Assembly: GCA_045537905.1 (NCBI GenBank)
Contig: JAZSQJ010000070.1
Span: 5,628-69,627 of the forward strand
Length of the DNA: 64,000 nucleotides
Reading direction: 5' to 3'
Source: Eubacteriales bacterium
Lineage (GTDB): Bacteria > Bacillota > Clostridia > Oscillospirales > CAG-382
Positions 27,830-35,538 of the stretch are shown here, piece after piece. How positions within the stretch are numbered: position 1 is the first letter of the stretch; each line of letters opens with the position of its first letter. The notes beneath the pieces were generated by a model. The model made no database searches, was not told where the DNA came from, and worked only from the letters and a program-made list of their open reading frames with translations. Position numbers and translations under genes: made by a program.

Positions 27830-29920
27830 ATGTTTGAAAAGTACAAGGTTTTTGAAACCACCTTTGCCGGCAGACCTTTTATAGTAGAAACCGGCAAAAT
27901 GGCGCAGCTTGCCAACGGCTCCTGCCTTGTTCGCTACGGTGATACTGCTATTCTTGCTACTGCTACCGCTTCCAAGGCTCCCCGTGACGGGATAGATTTT
28001 CTTCCCCTGTCCGTTGACTTTGAAGAAAGGCTTTATTCAGTAGGCAGAATCCCCGGCAGCTGGAACAGACGCGAGGGCCGCCCCGGTCAGAGTGCCATCC
28101 TTACAAGCCGTGTTATCGACCGCCCCATAAGACCTCTTTTCCCCAAGGATCTGAGGAACGACGTTGTTCTTAATCTTATGGTTATGTCTGTTGACCCCGA
28201 CTGCTCTCCCGAAATTGCAGGTATGATAGGTGCGTCCATCGCCCTTTCTATCTCCGACATTCCGTGGAACGGTCCTATCGCAGGCGCTTCTATCGGTTTG
28301 GTAGACGGTGAGCTTGTGGTTAACCCCACGGCTGAACAAAAGGAAAAGAATGAGCTTGAGCTTACCGTTGCTGCCTCTAAGCAGAAGGTAGTAATGATAG
28401 AAGCAGGCGCTAAGGAAGTTGACGACGATAAGGTTTACGAAGGCATTATGCTTGCACATGAGGTTATCAAGCCCATGATCGACTTTATCGACGGCATCGT
28501 TGCTGAAATTGGCAAGGCTAAGTTTGAATATCCCTCCTGCGAGGTTGACCACGATCTGTTTGACAGAATTGAGGCTATGGTTGCAGAGGACGTTAAGGCT
28601 GCCCTTGATACCGACGACAAGAGCGTAAGAGATGCAAGACTTCAGCCCATATACGAGCGTGTTTATGCCGAGCTTGAGGAAGACTATCCCGACAGCAAGG
28701 TTATGATCGACGAGTGTATGTACAAGCTCCAGAAGAAGATCGTTCGTCATTGGCTTCTTACCGAACAGAAGCGTGTTGACGGCAGAAGAATGGACGAGAT
28801 CCGTCCTCTTGCCGCAGAGGTTGGTCTTCTTACCCGTACCCACGGTTCGGGTATGTTTACCAGAGGTCAGACTCAGGTATTCTCTATCGCTACCCTTGCA
28901 CCTATCAGGGAGCAGCAGCTTCTTGACGGTATAGATGCTGAGGATACAAAGCGTTATATGCATCACTATAATATGCCCGGCTTCTCCGTTGGTGAGGCTA
29001 AGGCATCCAGAAGTCCCGGCAGACGTGAGATCGGTCACGGCGCTCTTGCTGAAAGATCTCTTGAGCCCGTTCTTCCTTCCAAGGAGGACTTCCCCTATGC
29101 TATCCGTGTTGTATCTGAGGTTATTTCCTCTAACGGCTCTACCTCTCAGGCATCCGTTTGCGGCTCTACCCTTGCACTTATGGATGCAGGTGTTCCGATC
29201 ACTGCTCCTGTTGCAGGTATCTCCTGCGGTCTTATCACCGAGGGTGAGAGATGGATGACTATGATTGACATTCAGGGCCTTGAGGACTTCTTTGGCGATA
29301 TGGACTTTAAGGTTGCCGGTACCAAGAAGGGTATCACATCTATCCAGATGGACCTTAAGATTGACGGTCTTACACCTGAGATTATCCGTTCCGCGCTGGA
29401 CACCACCCGCAAGGGCAGATTCTATATCATCGACGATGTAATCACTCCCTGCATCGCTGAGCCCAGAGAGGACGTTTCTGAATACGCTCCCAAGATGATC
29501 TCCACCAAGATACCCGTGGACAAGATCCGTGAGGTTATCGGTACCGGTGGTAAGGTTATCCAGAAGATTTGCGCTGATACCGGTGCAAAGATTGATATCG
29601 AGGACGATGGCTCTGTATTCATCGCCGCTGTAGACAAAGAAGCAGGCTACAAGGCGCTTGAAATAGTTAAGGCTATCGCTTTCGACCCCGAGGTTGGTAC
29701 CATTTTCGTGGGCAAGGTTACCAGAATTCTTACCTTCGGTGCTTTCGTTGAGTTTGCACCCGGCAAGGAAGGTCTTGTTCACATCTCCAAGCTCGATAAG
29801 AAGCGTATCGCTAAGTGTGAAGACGTTGTTTCCGTAGGCGACGAGATTAAGGTTAAGGTTATCGAAATCGACGACCAGGGCAGAATAAATCTCTCCCGCA
29901 AGGACGCTCTTGACGACTAG
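27830..29920 (+). CDS. pnp: Polyribonucleotide nucleotidyltransferase (PNPase)
   Basis: Two RNase PH domains, KH (GTGGKVIQKI) and S1 (GKVTRILTFGAFVEF) domains; 696 aa. Confidence 0.97.
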   Translation: MFEKYKVFETTFAGRPFIVETGKMAQLANGSCLVRYGDTAILATATASKAPRDGIDFLPLSVDFEERLYSVGRIPGSWNRREGRPGQSAILTSRVIDRPIRPLFPKDLRNDVVLNLMVMSVDPDCSPEIAGMIGASIALSISDIPWNGPIAGASIGLVDGELVVNPTAEQKEKNELELTVAASKQKVVMIEAGAKEVDDDKVYEGIMLAHEVIKPMIDFIDGIVAEIGKAKFEYPSCEVDHDLFDRIEAMVAEDVKAALDTDDKSVRDARLQPIYERVYAELEEDYPDSKVMIDECMYKLQKKIVRHWLLTEQKRVDGRRMDEIRPLAAEVGLLTRTHGSGMFTRGQTQVFSIATLAPIREQQLLDGIDAEDTKRYMHHYNMPGFSVGEAKASRSPGRREIGHGALAERSLEPVLPSKEDFPYAIRVVSEVISSNGSTSQASVCGSTLALMDAGVPITAPVAGISCGLITEGERWMTMIDIQGLEDFFGDMDFKVAGTKKGITSIQMDLKIDGLTPEIIRSALDTTRKGRFYIIDDVITPCIAEPREDVSEYAPKMISTKIPVDKIREVIGTGGKVIQKICADTGAKIDIEDDGSVFIAAVDKEAGYKALEIVKAIAFDPEVGTIFVGKVTRILTFGAFVEFAPGKEGLVHISKLDKKRIAKCEDVVSVGDEIKVKVIEIDDQGRINLSRKDALDD

Positions 29921-29933
29921 TAAAGAACAAATT

Positions 29934-29968
29934 AAGGAGTTGCGAGAAATCGCAACTCCTTTTGTTTG
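29934..29968 (+). terminator. Rho-independent terminator of pnp
   Basis: aaggagttgcga-gaaa-tcgcaactcctt followed by ttgtttg. Confidence 0.75.
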
Positions 29969-30006
29969 TCATATTTTTTAGACAATTCCCCTAAGCTAAA
30001 AACGCT

Positions 30007-30909
30007 TTAACTATTCCCCATCCAAATACCAAACAATACGCCTAATACAACACACACCGCTATAAACACAAAACATCCTATAAGATTATTTCTGTTTTCC
30101 TTGCGTTGAGCTTCAAGCTTCTCGTTATAACGCTGGTTAAGCTCGGCAATCTTTTCTTCAGCGTTAACAGTGGAATCAAGAGCGGCTAATCTTCTGTAAT
30201 AACCGGATATTACAGACACACGGTTTTCATTTAGTCCGCTTTCCTCTACTGCTTTTATCAAATATTTTAGTATATTGATTTTATAGTTTTTATTTTGCAG
30301 TTTTTCCTCAAGACTTGAAAGAGTGTTACGCATTTCTATTTGCAGAGAATCAAAAAGATTATAGGTTTGCTGCCTGTCATCAGTTGTGCTGGTAACGCCG
30401 TTAACTGTTTTTCTGGTGGTGTTGTAGACAAAGCTACTGCCTCTCATTGCGTTAACATCAGAGAGAATTTGAGTTACGAGCTTATACTGCTCGTCTTCCT
30501 TGCTTACATCAAAGTGATCGTCAATTATGCTTACGCTTTTATTAAGCACCTTGAATGCCGCCTGACGCTTATACAGATCCGAATCTACAAGGGTTTGCTT
30601 TGCCTTACCGAAGGCACTGTAGAAAATTGCCTCGATGTTTGTAGGGTCTTCCTGCTCTGCAAGGTTGTAGTACTTTTCAACCTCTGCCCAGTCTTCCTTT
30701 TCCTTGGCTCTTCTTGCGTTTTGCAGATACTTTTGCACCATTGCAGAATTATCAACGGTAACAGTACCCTTAACGTCAACTGTGCCCTCGATCATCATTT
30801 TCTTTGCTTCCTCAGGGCTGTACTTAGTGCCGCAGTTTTGGCACACGAACATCCCGTCTACCTTAGCAAAATCGTTGCCTGAACACATTTCGCAAACAAT
30901 AGCTTTCAT
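30007..30909 (-). CDS. Tail-anchored zinc-ribbon protein, function unknown
   Basis: N-terminal CEMCSG...CQNCGTKY zinc ribbon, helical middle part and a C-terminal TM helix (LIGCFVFIAVCVVLGVLFGIW). Confidence 0.6.
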   Translation of the reverse strand: MKAIVCEMCSGNDFAKVDGMFVCQNCGTKYSPEEAKKMMIEGTVDVKGTVTVDNSAMVQKYLQNARRAKEKEDWAEVEKYYNLAEQEDPTNIEAIFYSAFGKAKQTLVDSDLYKRQAAFKVLNKSVSIIDDHFDVSKEDEQYKLVTQILSDVNAMRGSSFVYNTTRKTVNGVTSTTDDRQQTYNLFDSLQIEMRNTLSSLEEKLQNKNYKINILKYLIKAVEESGLNENRVSVISGYYRRLAALDSTVNAEEKIAELNQRYNEKLEAQRKENRNNLIGCFVFIAVCVVLGVLFGIWMGNS

Positions 30910-31039
30910 TTTACGGTTTCCTTTCGTTTTTTCGTCCTCGCAGGAACTTTTCTTCCTACGATTATACAGTATATCTTCCTGTTTGTCAACACTAAATAGG
31001 TATTATAATTCTTATATACAAGAATTTGGAGGAAGAATA

Positions 31040-31363
31040 ATGCTTATTTATAACTTAAACGATATAGGAAACCGACTTTTGGAGGCAAGAAAAAAGCTTG
31101 GGTACACCCAAGCAGAGGTAGCAGAGCGGGCAGGGATTTCAGACAGAACCTACGCCGATATAGAAAGAGGCACGGTCAATATGCGCCTTTTGACCTTTTT
31201 ACAGATATGCACCTGTCTTAAAGTTACGCCCAATGATATTGTAACAAAAGAGGAACCGACGGTTGACGAAAAGGTGTTTATTGACGCTTTGGGCGGACTA
31301 ACCAACAAGCAAAAAAACGATGCTTTGAAAATACTGTCTGTTTTTATAGAGTCTATAAAATAA
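31040..31363 (+). CDS. XRE-family helix-turn-helix transcriptional regulator
   Basis: ATG 31040 after GGAGGAAG (the ORF track's 30704 start is an upstream extension). LLEARKKLGYTQAEVAERAGISDRTYADIERG is a classic HTH_3 motif. Confidence 0.85.
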   Translation: MLIYNLNDIGNRLLEARKKLGYTQAEVAERAGISDRTYADIERGTVNMRLLTFLQICTCLKVTPNDIVTKEEPTVDEKVFIDALGGLTNKQKNDALKILSVFIESIK

Positions 31364-31368
31364 AAATC

Positions 31369-31392
31369 AGGAGTTGCAACACTGCAACTCCT
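31369..31392. repeat. Left copy of the duplicated terminator hairpin flanking element copy B
   Basis: aggagttgcaacactgcaactcct. It matches 31616-31639 except for one loop base and is not followed by a T-run. Confidence 0.8.
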
Positions 31393-31393
31393 C

Positions 31394-31614
31394 AGCTTGA
31401 TGACAAACCTTGTCATCAAGCTGGCAGAGCGCTGAGAAAGAGTGCAGACAAGACGAACCGAGGCGATAACTGTACTAAGTACTGTGAGCCGAGGTTCATT
31501 TTGAACGTAAAAACAAATAAAATGCAGAAAATTCAGGGAAGGCATCCCTGAATTTTCTACTTTAATATAATTGTATTTTGTTTTTTTCGTGTTCTGTGCC
31601 TTTGTCAGCGGTCT
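31394..31614 (-). repeat. 221-bp ORF-less structured intergenic element, copy B (inverted relative to copy A)
   Basis: Its reverse complement aligns end to end with 13439-13660. Differences cluster in an AT-rich patch and in hairpin loops (aaatt versus tgcct; gat versus ggt) while the stems are preserved. Confidence 0.8.
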
Positions 31615-31648
31615 GAGGAGTTGCAACACCGCAACTCCTTTCTGTTTT
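31615..31648 (+). terminator. Right copy of the duplicated hairpin with T-rich tail (terminator of the XRE gene)
   Basis: gaggagttgc-aacacc-gcaactcctt followed by tctgtttt. Confidence 0.6.
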
Positions 31649-32228
31649 AATCTAATTTGCACCTTACAACGGTGTACTCGAAGCCGTAGCTGTTTCTTGC
31701 AAAAAAGCTAAGCTCCCCTTCCCCATCAGACAGCTTCTCGTAGGAAACGTCCTCAGTTATAAGAATCTCACTTACCGCATAGGTGTAGCGAGCACCCAAG
31801 GTGTCGGTAAAATATACCGTATCGCCCGTGGATATATTCTTCATAAAATCAAACTGGCCCTCGTTATCACTGCCGCCGATTATCAGACTGCTGTCGTATA
31901 TGCTGCCGTCGAATCTATGGGGATATTTGCTTACGTCCTTTGCACTCCATTTATTTGCAACGGGCAAGCACACGTTATAAGCGGGTATCTCTATAATACC
32001 TACAAAGTCTACACCGTCCAGCTCTATGGAAGGCATAACGGTGTCTCCCTTGCCGTCAGGATATCCGTTTTGGACTTCAGGCATCAGTTCTTTCATTTCC
32101 TCGGTAATAGCCGCCGCCTTGTCTTTGTTGCCGGGAATGGCAATTCTGTTAACCACAAGCAAGGCCAGAGCCGATGCAAACAAAAGAATGCCCAAGATGA
32201 GGATTATCTGCGATACTCTTTTAGTCAT
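31647..32228 (-). CDS. Sortase-fold membrane protein lacking the canonical His/Cys/Arg triad (pseudo-sortase)
   Basis: N-terminal TM anchor. The sortase-like core (IEIPAYNVCLPV..., GDTVYFTDTLGARYTYAV) aligns to SrtA/SrtC. It has IIGGSDNEGQF where sortases have (I/V)AGH..., and ELSFFARNS where they have TLxTC. Confidence 0.6.
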   Translation of the reverse strand: MTKRVSQIILILGILLFASALALLVVNRIAIPGNKDKAAAITEEMKELMPEVQNGYPDGKGDTVMPSIELDGVDFVGIIEIPAYNVCLPVANKWSAKDVSKYPHRFDGSIYDSSLIIGGSDNEGQFDFMKNISTGDTVYFTDTLGARYTYAVSEILITEDVSYEKLSDGEGELSFFARNSYGFEYTVVRCKLD

Positions 32229-33129
32229 TAGCTTTCCTCTTTATGCCAACAGAAAGGAGCATAAGGATTGCGCCTACGGAAAACAATGCCAAAACATAGG
32301 GCCAAACTACTGCCACGTCGCCCGTGGGAGGTGGAGGTATTACCGTCTTAAAGGTGTTGGTTACGATAAAGGCAGTACCTTCCTCGGTAACGCTTACGGT
32401 ATAATTTTCGGCAATGTTTCGTTCTACAACAGTCCACTTGCTGCCATCGTCTGCCGCCTTCCAGCTGTAGGACCAATTGTTTTCTGCAGAAAGGGTTTGC
32501 GTCTCAACCGTCTTCCCATCCTTAAAAATTTCTATTTCTATAGAGGTGGGGCGTTTGTCGGAGCCGGAATCCTTCCACTGCTTTACAACCTTATACTCAA
32601 GCTCATCAGGCTCGGGAACGTGGGTAGTATGCTTGGGAAGAGCCGTTACCTCGTACTGAGGATTGCCGTCTGCATCGGGTCTGGGCAGAGAGGAGAAAAA
32701 GCTTTCAAAGCTGTATATCAAATCGTTCTTTTCGCTCTGTACGCCGTATACAAGATAAAGTCCCTTGCTAAGACCTTCAAAGACAGCCTTACCCTCCTCG
32801 TCGGTCTTGACGGTAGCGGCAGGAGAAATGCCGTCAGCTACTATATAGGAGGTGAGAGTAGTAGCGATAGTACGCCACTCCTCCTGACTTTTTACAACTT
32901 TGACATCAACGGGATAGTCCTTGAAGTCACCGCTGAGGGTATAGGCACCGTCTGCACCTATATCGGCTACACGGAACAGGCTTATTTCAAGACCGTCAAA
33001 CAAAAGCTCCTCTGCCTTATACACAACCGTAAGGGTAGCTGTTTGTTCACCATCCTCAGCAAAGGCAAGGGTGCCGCCCATTTGCAACAGCAACGCCAAG
33101 GTTATTAAAAACACAAGTATTTTTTTCAT
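32221..33129 (-). CDS. Cna-B-domain minor (probable base) pilin with PPPTG-type sorting signal
   Basis: Signal peptide; CnaB-like YKVVKQWKDSGSDKRPTSIEIEIFKDGK...NYTVSVTEEG. C-terminal IPPPPTGD plus a hydrophobic helix plus KRKAND. Confidence 0.75.
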   Translation of the reverse strand: MKKILVFLITLALLLQMGGTLAFAEDGEQTATLTVVYKAEELLFDGLEISLFRVADIGADGAYTLSGDFKDYPVDVKVVKSQEEWRTIATTLTSYIVADGISPAATVKTDEEGKAVFEGLSKGLYLVYGVQSEKNDLIYSFESFFSSLPRPDADGNPQYEVTALPKHTTHVPEPDELEYKVVKQWKDSGSDKRPTSIEIEIFKDGKTVETQTLSAENNWSYSWKAADDGSKWTVVERNIAENYTVSVTEEGTAFIVTNTFKTVIPPPPTGDVAVVWPYVLALFSVGAILMLLSVGIKRKAND

Positions 33130-33132
33130 ATA

Positions 33133-33960
33133 CTAGTCCTCCCTGTCATCTTTTTTCACAGGCTTAAACAATACTATCATCATAAGCACAAAGAGTATGG
33201 GCAGTGCAACGATAGGTGCAACGACCAACACGTCTATAACGTATCCGTCGGTTTTAACGTAAATAACCTTATGCTCAATCGTTTCTATACGGCGTCCCCG
33301 TACCAAAAGACGCTCCGTATTAACGCCGTAAGGCGTGCAAGTGAGCAGGGTGCAATAATCACCGCCTGAGTCTATCTGCAAAAGAGATGCATCGTCAGGC
33401 ATTACTATGCGTATCTGGTCCACCTGATAGGTCAACGTACGGTCGAGGATGGTAACGGTAAAGGTGTCGCCTACTGACAGCTTATCAAGGTCGGTAAACA
33501 GCTTTGCACTGGGCAGACCGCGGTGGGCAGACACAACGGCATGGGTGCCTGTGCCGCCTATAGGCAGGCTTGTTCCCTGCAGATGACCTATGGCTACGGA
33601 CAAAACGCCGTCCGAGGTGCCGTGGTACAAGGGAAGCTCTATACCGATTTTCTTTATTGTTACATAGCCCATCATACCTACGGAGTTAAGATTAAGCACG
33701 TCAAAGTAGCCGTCAACCTGATTATACTCCGTAAGTGGATAGTCCAGACTGCTTAGTTTTTTATTATACTCCTCGGCTTTGTTAAATATGGCGGTGTAGT
33801 CCGCATTATTAAGGGCGTCAAGCATAGACTGATAGTCAACTATAGCCATTGACTGGGTCTTAGAGTTCCAATAATCGCTGAGTGCAGGATACAGCATAAT
33901 TGAAAGCCCTATAAAAAACGCAAGGAGCAACATAAACGTTGGCCATTTTTTTTGTTTCAT
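33133..33960 (-). CDS. Class C (pilin-polymerising) sortase
   Basis: VVSAHRG (His), TLLTCTPYGVNTERLLVRG (Cys and Arg), N- and C-terminal TM helices. Confidence 0.9.
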   Translation of the reverse strand: MKQKKWPTFMLLLAFFIGLSIMLYPALSDYWNSKTQSMAIVDYQSMLDALNNADYTAIFNKAEEYNKKLSSLDYPLTEYNQVDGYFDVLNLNSVGMMGYVTIKKIGIELPLYHGTSDGVLSVAIGHLQGTSLPIGGTGTHAVVSAHRGLPSAKLFTDLDKLSVGDTFTVTILDRTLTYQVDQIRIVMPDDASLLQIDSGGDYCTLLTCTPYGVNTERLLVRGRRIETIEHKVIYVKTDGYVIDVLVVAPIVALPILFVLMMIVLFKPVKKDDRED

Positions 33961-33985
33961 TTACAATAATTACTTCCTTAATTTT

Positions 33986-34058
33986 CGGTGCAGAAGCCGC
34001 TGCCCTACTGTTAAGACATCGGCTTCTGCACCCAAAACCAAAGGCTTTGGGTGCAGAA
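33986..34058 (-). promoter_or_regulatory. Three-segment alternative-hairpin element between the major pilin and sortase genes
   Basis: The middle segment (34020-34036, cggcttctgcacccaaa) can pair with 34046-34058 (tttgggtgcagaa; 13 bp, perfect). It can alternatively pair with 33986-33999 (cggtgcagaagccg; 13 of 14). The two pairings are mutually exclusive. The second helix ends 8 nt upstream of the sortase RBS. Confidence 0.5.
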
Positions 34059-34088
34059 TATATTAGTATTATACCAATAAAATTACGA

Positions 34089-35492
34089 TTAGTCAACAAC
34101 CTTGGACATTCTTACTCTGGTAACGAAGAATATGCCTGCAAGGAGAGCTACAAGACCGCCAACCAGGATGAACATGGTGGTGCCGAAGCCGCCGGTTTCA
34201 GGAAGAACTGCACCGGTCTTGTTGATTACCTGTACACCGCCTTCAATGTAAATCCCTTCGGTAACGGTTGCATCGTTATTAGCAGCGCTGATAGTAACAG
34301 ACTGGCGTGCGGTAAGCTTGTTATAGCCTGCAGGAGCAACAGTTTCTTCAAGATAATAAGTAGCACTGTCGAGACCGGCGATGGTAGCTTTACCGTTAAG
34401 GGTTTCGATTTCAACGCCGGTTTCGCCTGCCTTAGCTACACGGTAAGAACCGTCTTCGATCTTAATAACGGAGATCTCGTTGCCTGCGGTAGCAGCATCG
34501 TAAAGCTTAAACTTAGCGCCGTTAAGAGTTGTGTCAGATTCATTAGTCTTTACAAGATCAAAACTGTAAACATAGGTAGTTGTGGTTGCTTCGTTAGACT
34601 TAAGGTCGCTGTTTTCGCCGTACACAAGGAAGGTCTTGTTGAGGTTGCCTGCACCGCCAACAACAGCATTTTCGTTGATGGTAGCTGTATATTCAACAAC
34701 GATAGCCTTGTTTGCAAGGGTAGCAACATAAGAGTTTTCAAACGAAATCTCAAAATCACAACCGTCGGTAAGATCAGTTGCGGTTACTGTGTAGTTAGCT
34801 TCATCAACAGCAACGCCGTCAACGGTAACAGAGCTAACGCCGGCATAATCAAGACCTGCATCCATTACGTCGTGAAGAACGTAATTCTCAGCACCTGCAA
34901 CAACGTTGATGGTGGTCTTAAAGTTTACGGTAGCAAAGAAATTGTCGTCGTTGGTTTCGCCCCAAGCATCGTCTTCTTTAACTTCCTTGGAAACGTTGGG
35001 GATAAGGTTCTTATCGTCTTTTTCGAAGGAGGTATCAGTGGTGTCGAGCACGCAGAGAGTACCAACGGTGGAGTCTACAAGGTAGTAACCAAGGTCAAGA
35101 CCTGTAAAGGAAACGGTAGTGCCATCAGCTTCTACGCTTTCGGTGGCGGAGATAGAATTGGTCTCAGCGTAAGCGATAGCGGCAGCAGCGATAGCAGCAG
35201 CGTCGGATGCGGAAACGGTTACACCGTTAGCAACGGTAACGATACCGGTATCTTCAGCGTAGCTAAAGTAAGCGCTTTGTGCTTTGAAGAAATCAACCCA
35301 TTCAGAAACAGCAGTGTAGGTATAAGCTTTAGCAGTTGCATTATAGCTAAGGTCTGCTATTTTGTAAATGGAGTAGTCCTGACCAGCAACGGTGTTGTTG
35401 ATGGTAATGGAGCCTTCGCCTTCAGCGGATACGGAGATGCAGCAAGCCATAAGAAGCATTACTGCGCAGAGGATTGCAACGATTCTTTTCAT
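34089..35492 (-). CDS. LPXTG-anchored major pilin (isopeptide-forming fimbrial subunit)
   Basis: Probable start MKRIVAILCAV (35492). E-box YYLEETVAPAGY; candidate pilin-motif lysine in LIPNVSKEV. C-terminal LPETGG plus hydrophobic helix plus RVRMSK. Confidence 0.85.
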   Translation of the reverse strand: MKRIVAILCAVMLLMACCISVSAEGEGSITINNTVAGQDYSIYKIADLSYNATAKAYTYTAVSEWVDFFKAQSAYFSYAEDTGIVTVANGVTVSASDAAAIAAAAIAYAETNSISATESVEADGTTVSFTGLDLGYYLVDSTVGTLCVLDTTDTSFEKDDKNLIPNVSKEVKEDDAWGETNDDNFFATVNFKTTINVVAGAENYVLHDVMDAGLDYAGVSSVTVDGVAVDEANYTVTATDLTDGCDFEISFENSYVATLANKAIVVEYTATINENAVVGGAGNLNKTFLVYGENSDLKSNEATTTTYVYSFDLVKTNESDTTLNGAKFKLYDAATAGNEISVIKIEDGSYRVAKAGETGVEIETLNGKATIAGLDSATYYLEETVAPAGYNKLTARQSVTISAANNDATVTEGIYIEGGVQVINKTGAVLPETGGFGTTMFILVGGLVALLAGIFFVTRVRMSKVVD

Positions 35493-35538
35493 AACATAAT
35501 TCCTTTCTGTTTTTTTGTTTATTTTAGTATGTTGCAAA

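Noticed and set aside
27433-27915. 160-aa minus-strand ORF covering the rpsO leader, rpsO and the pnp start.
   Set aside because: It is antisense to two universally conserved genes, has no RBS and has no recognisable protein features.
29934-29962. The pnp terminator shares 9-bp stem arms (aggagttgc/gcaactcct) with the hairpin captured by element copy B. Is it a dispersed hairpin family?
   Set aside because: AAGGAG...CTCCTT arms are common in bidirectional terminators, and the extra ttgc/gcaa match could be chance. It is mentioned only as a possible unoccupied target.
30704-31039. N-terminal extensions of track ORFs: XRE 30704, addB 52717-52890, ispE 54231-54395, esterase 46194-46256, pilin 35493-35537, zinc-ribbon 13998-14051.
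   Set aside because: Internal ATG codons preceded by good SD sequences give proteins that start where homologues start. The extensions overlap neighbouring genes or intergenic repeats.
33946-33953. A8 homopolymer in codons 2-5 of the class C sortase (ATG AAA CAA AAA AAA TGG) as a slipped-strand phase-variation switch.
   Set aside because: It is simply a Lys-rich signal-anchor N-terminus. An 8-nt run is at the low end for phase variation and similar A-runs start several other secreted proteins here. It cannot be evaluated from one sequence.
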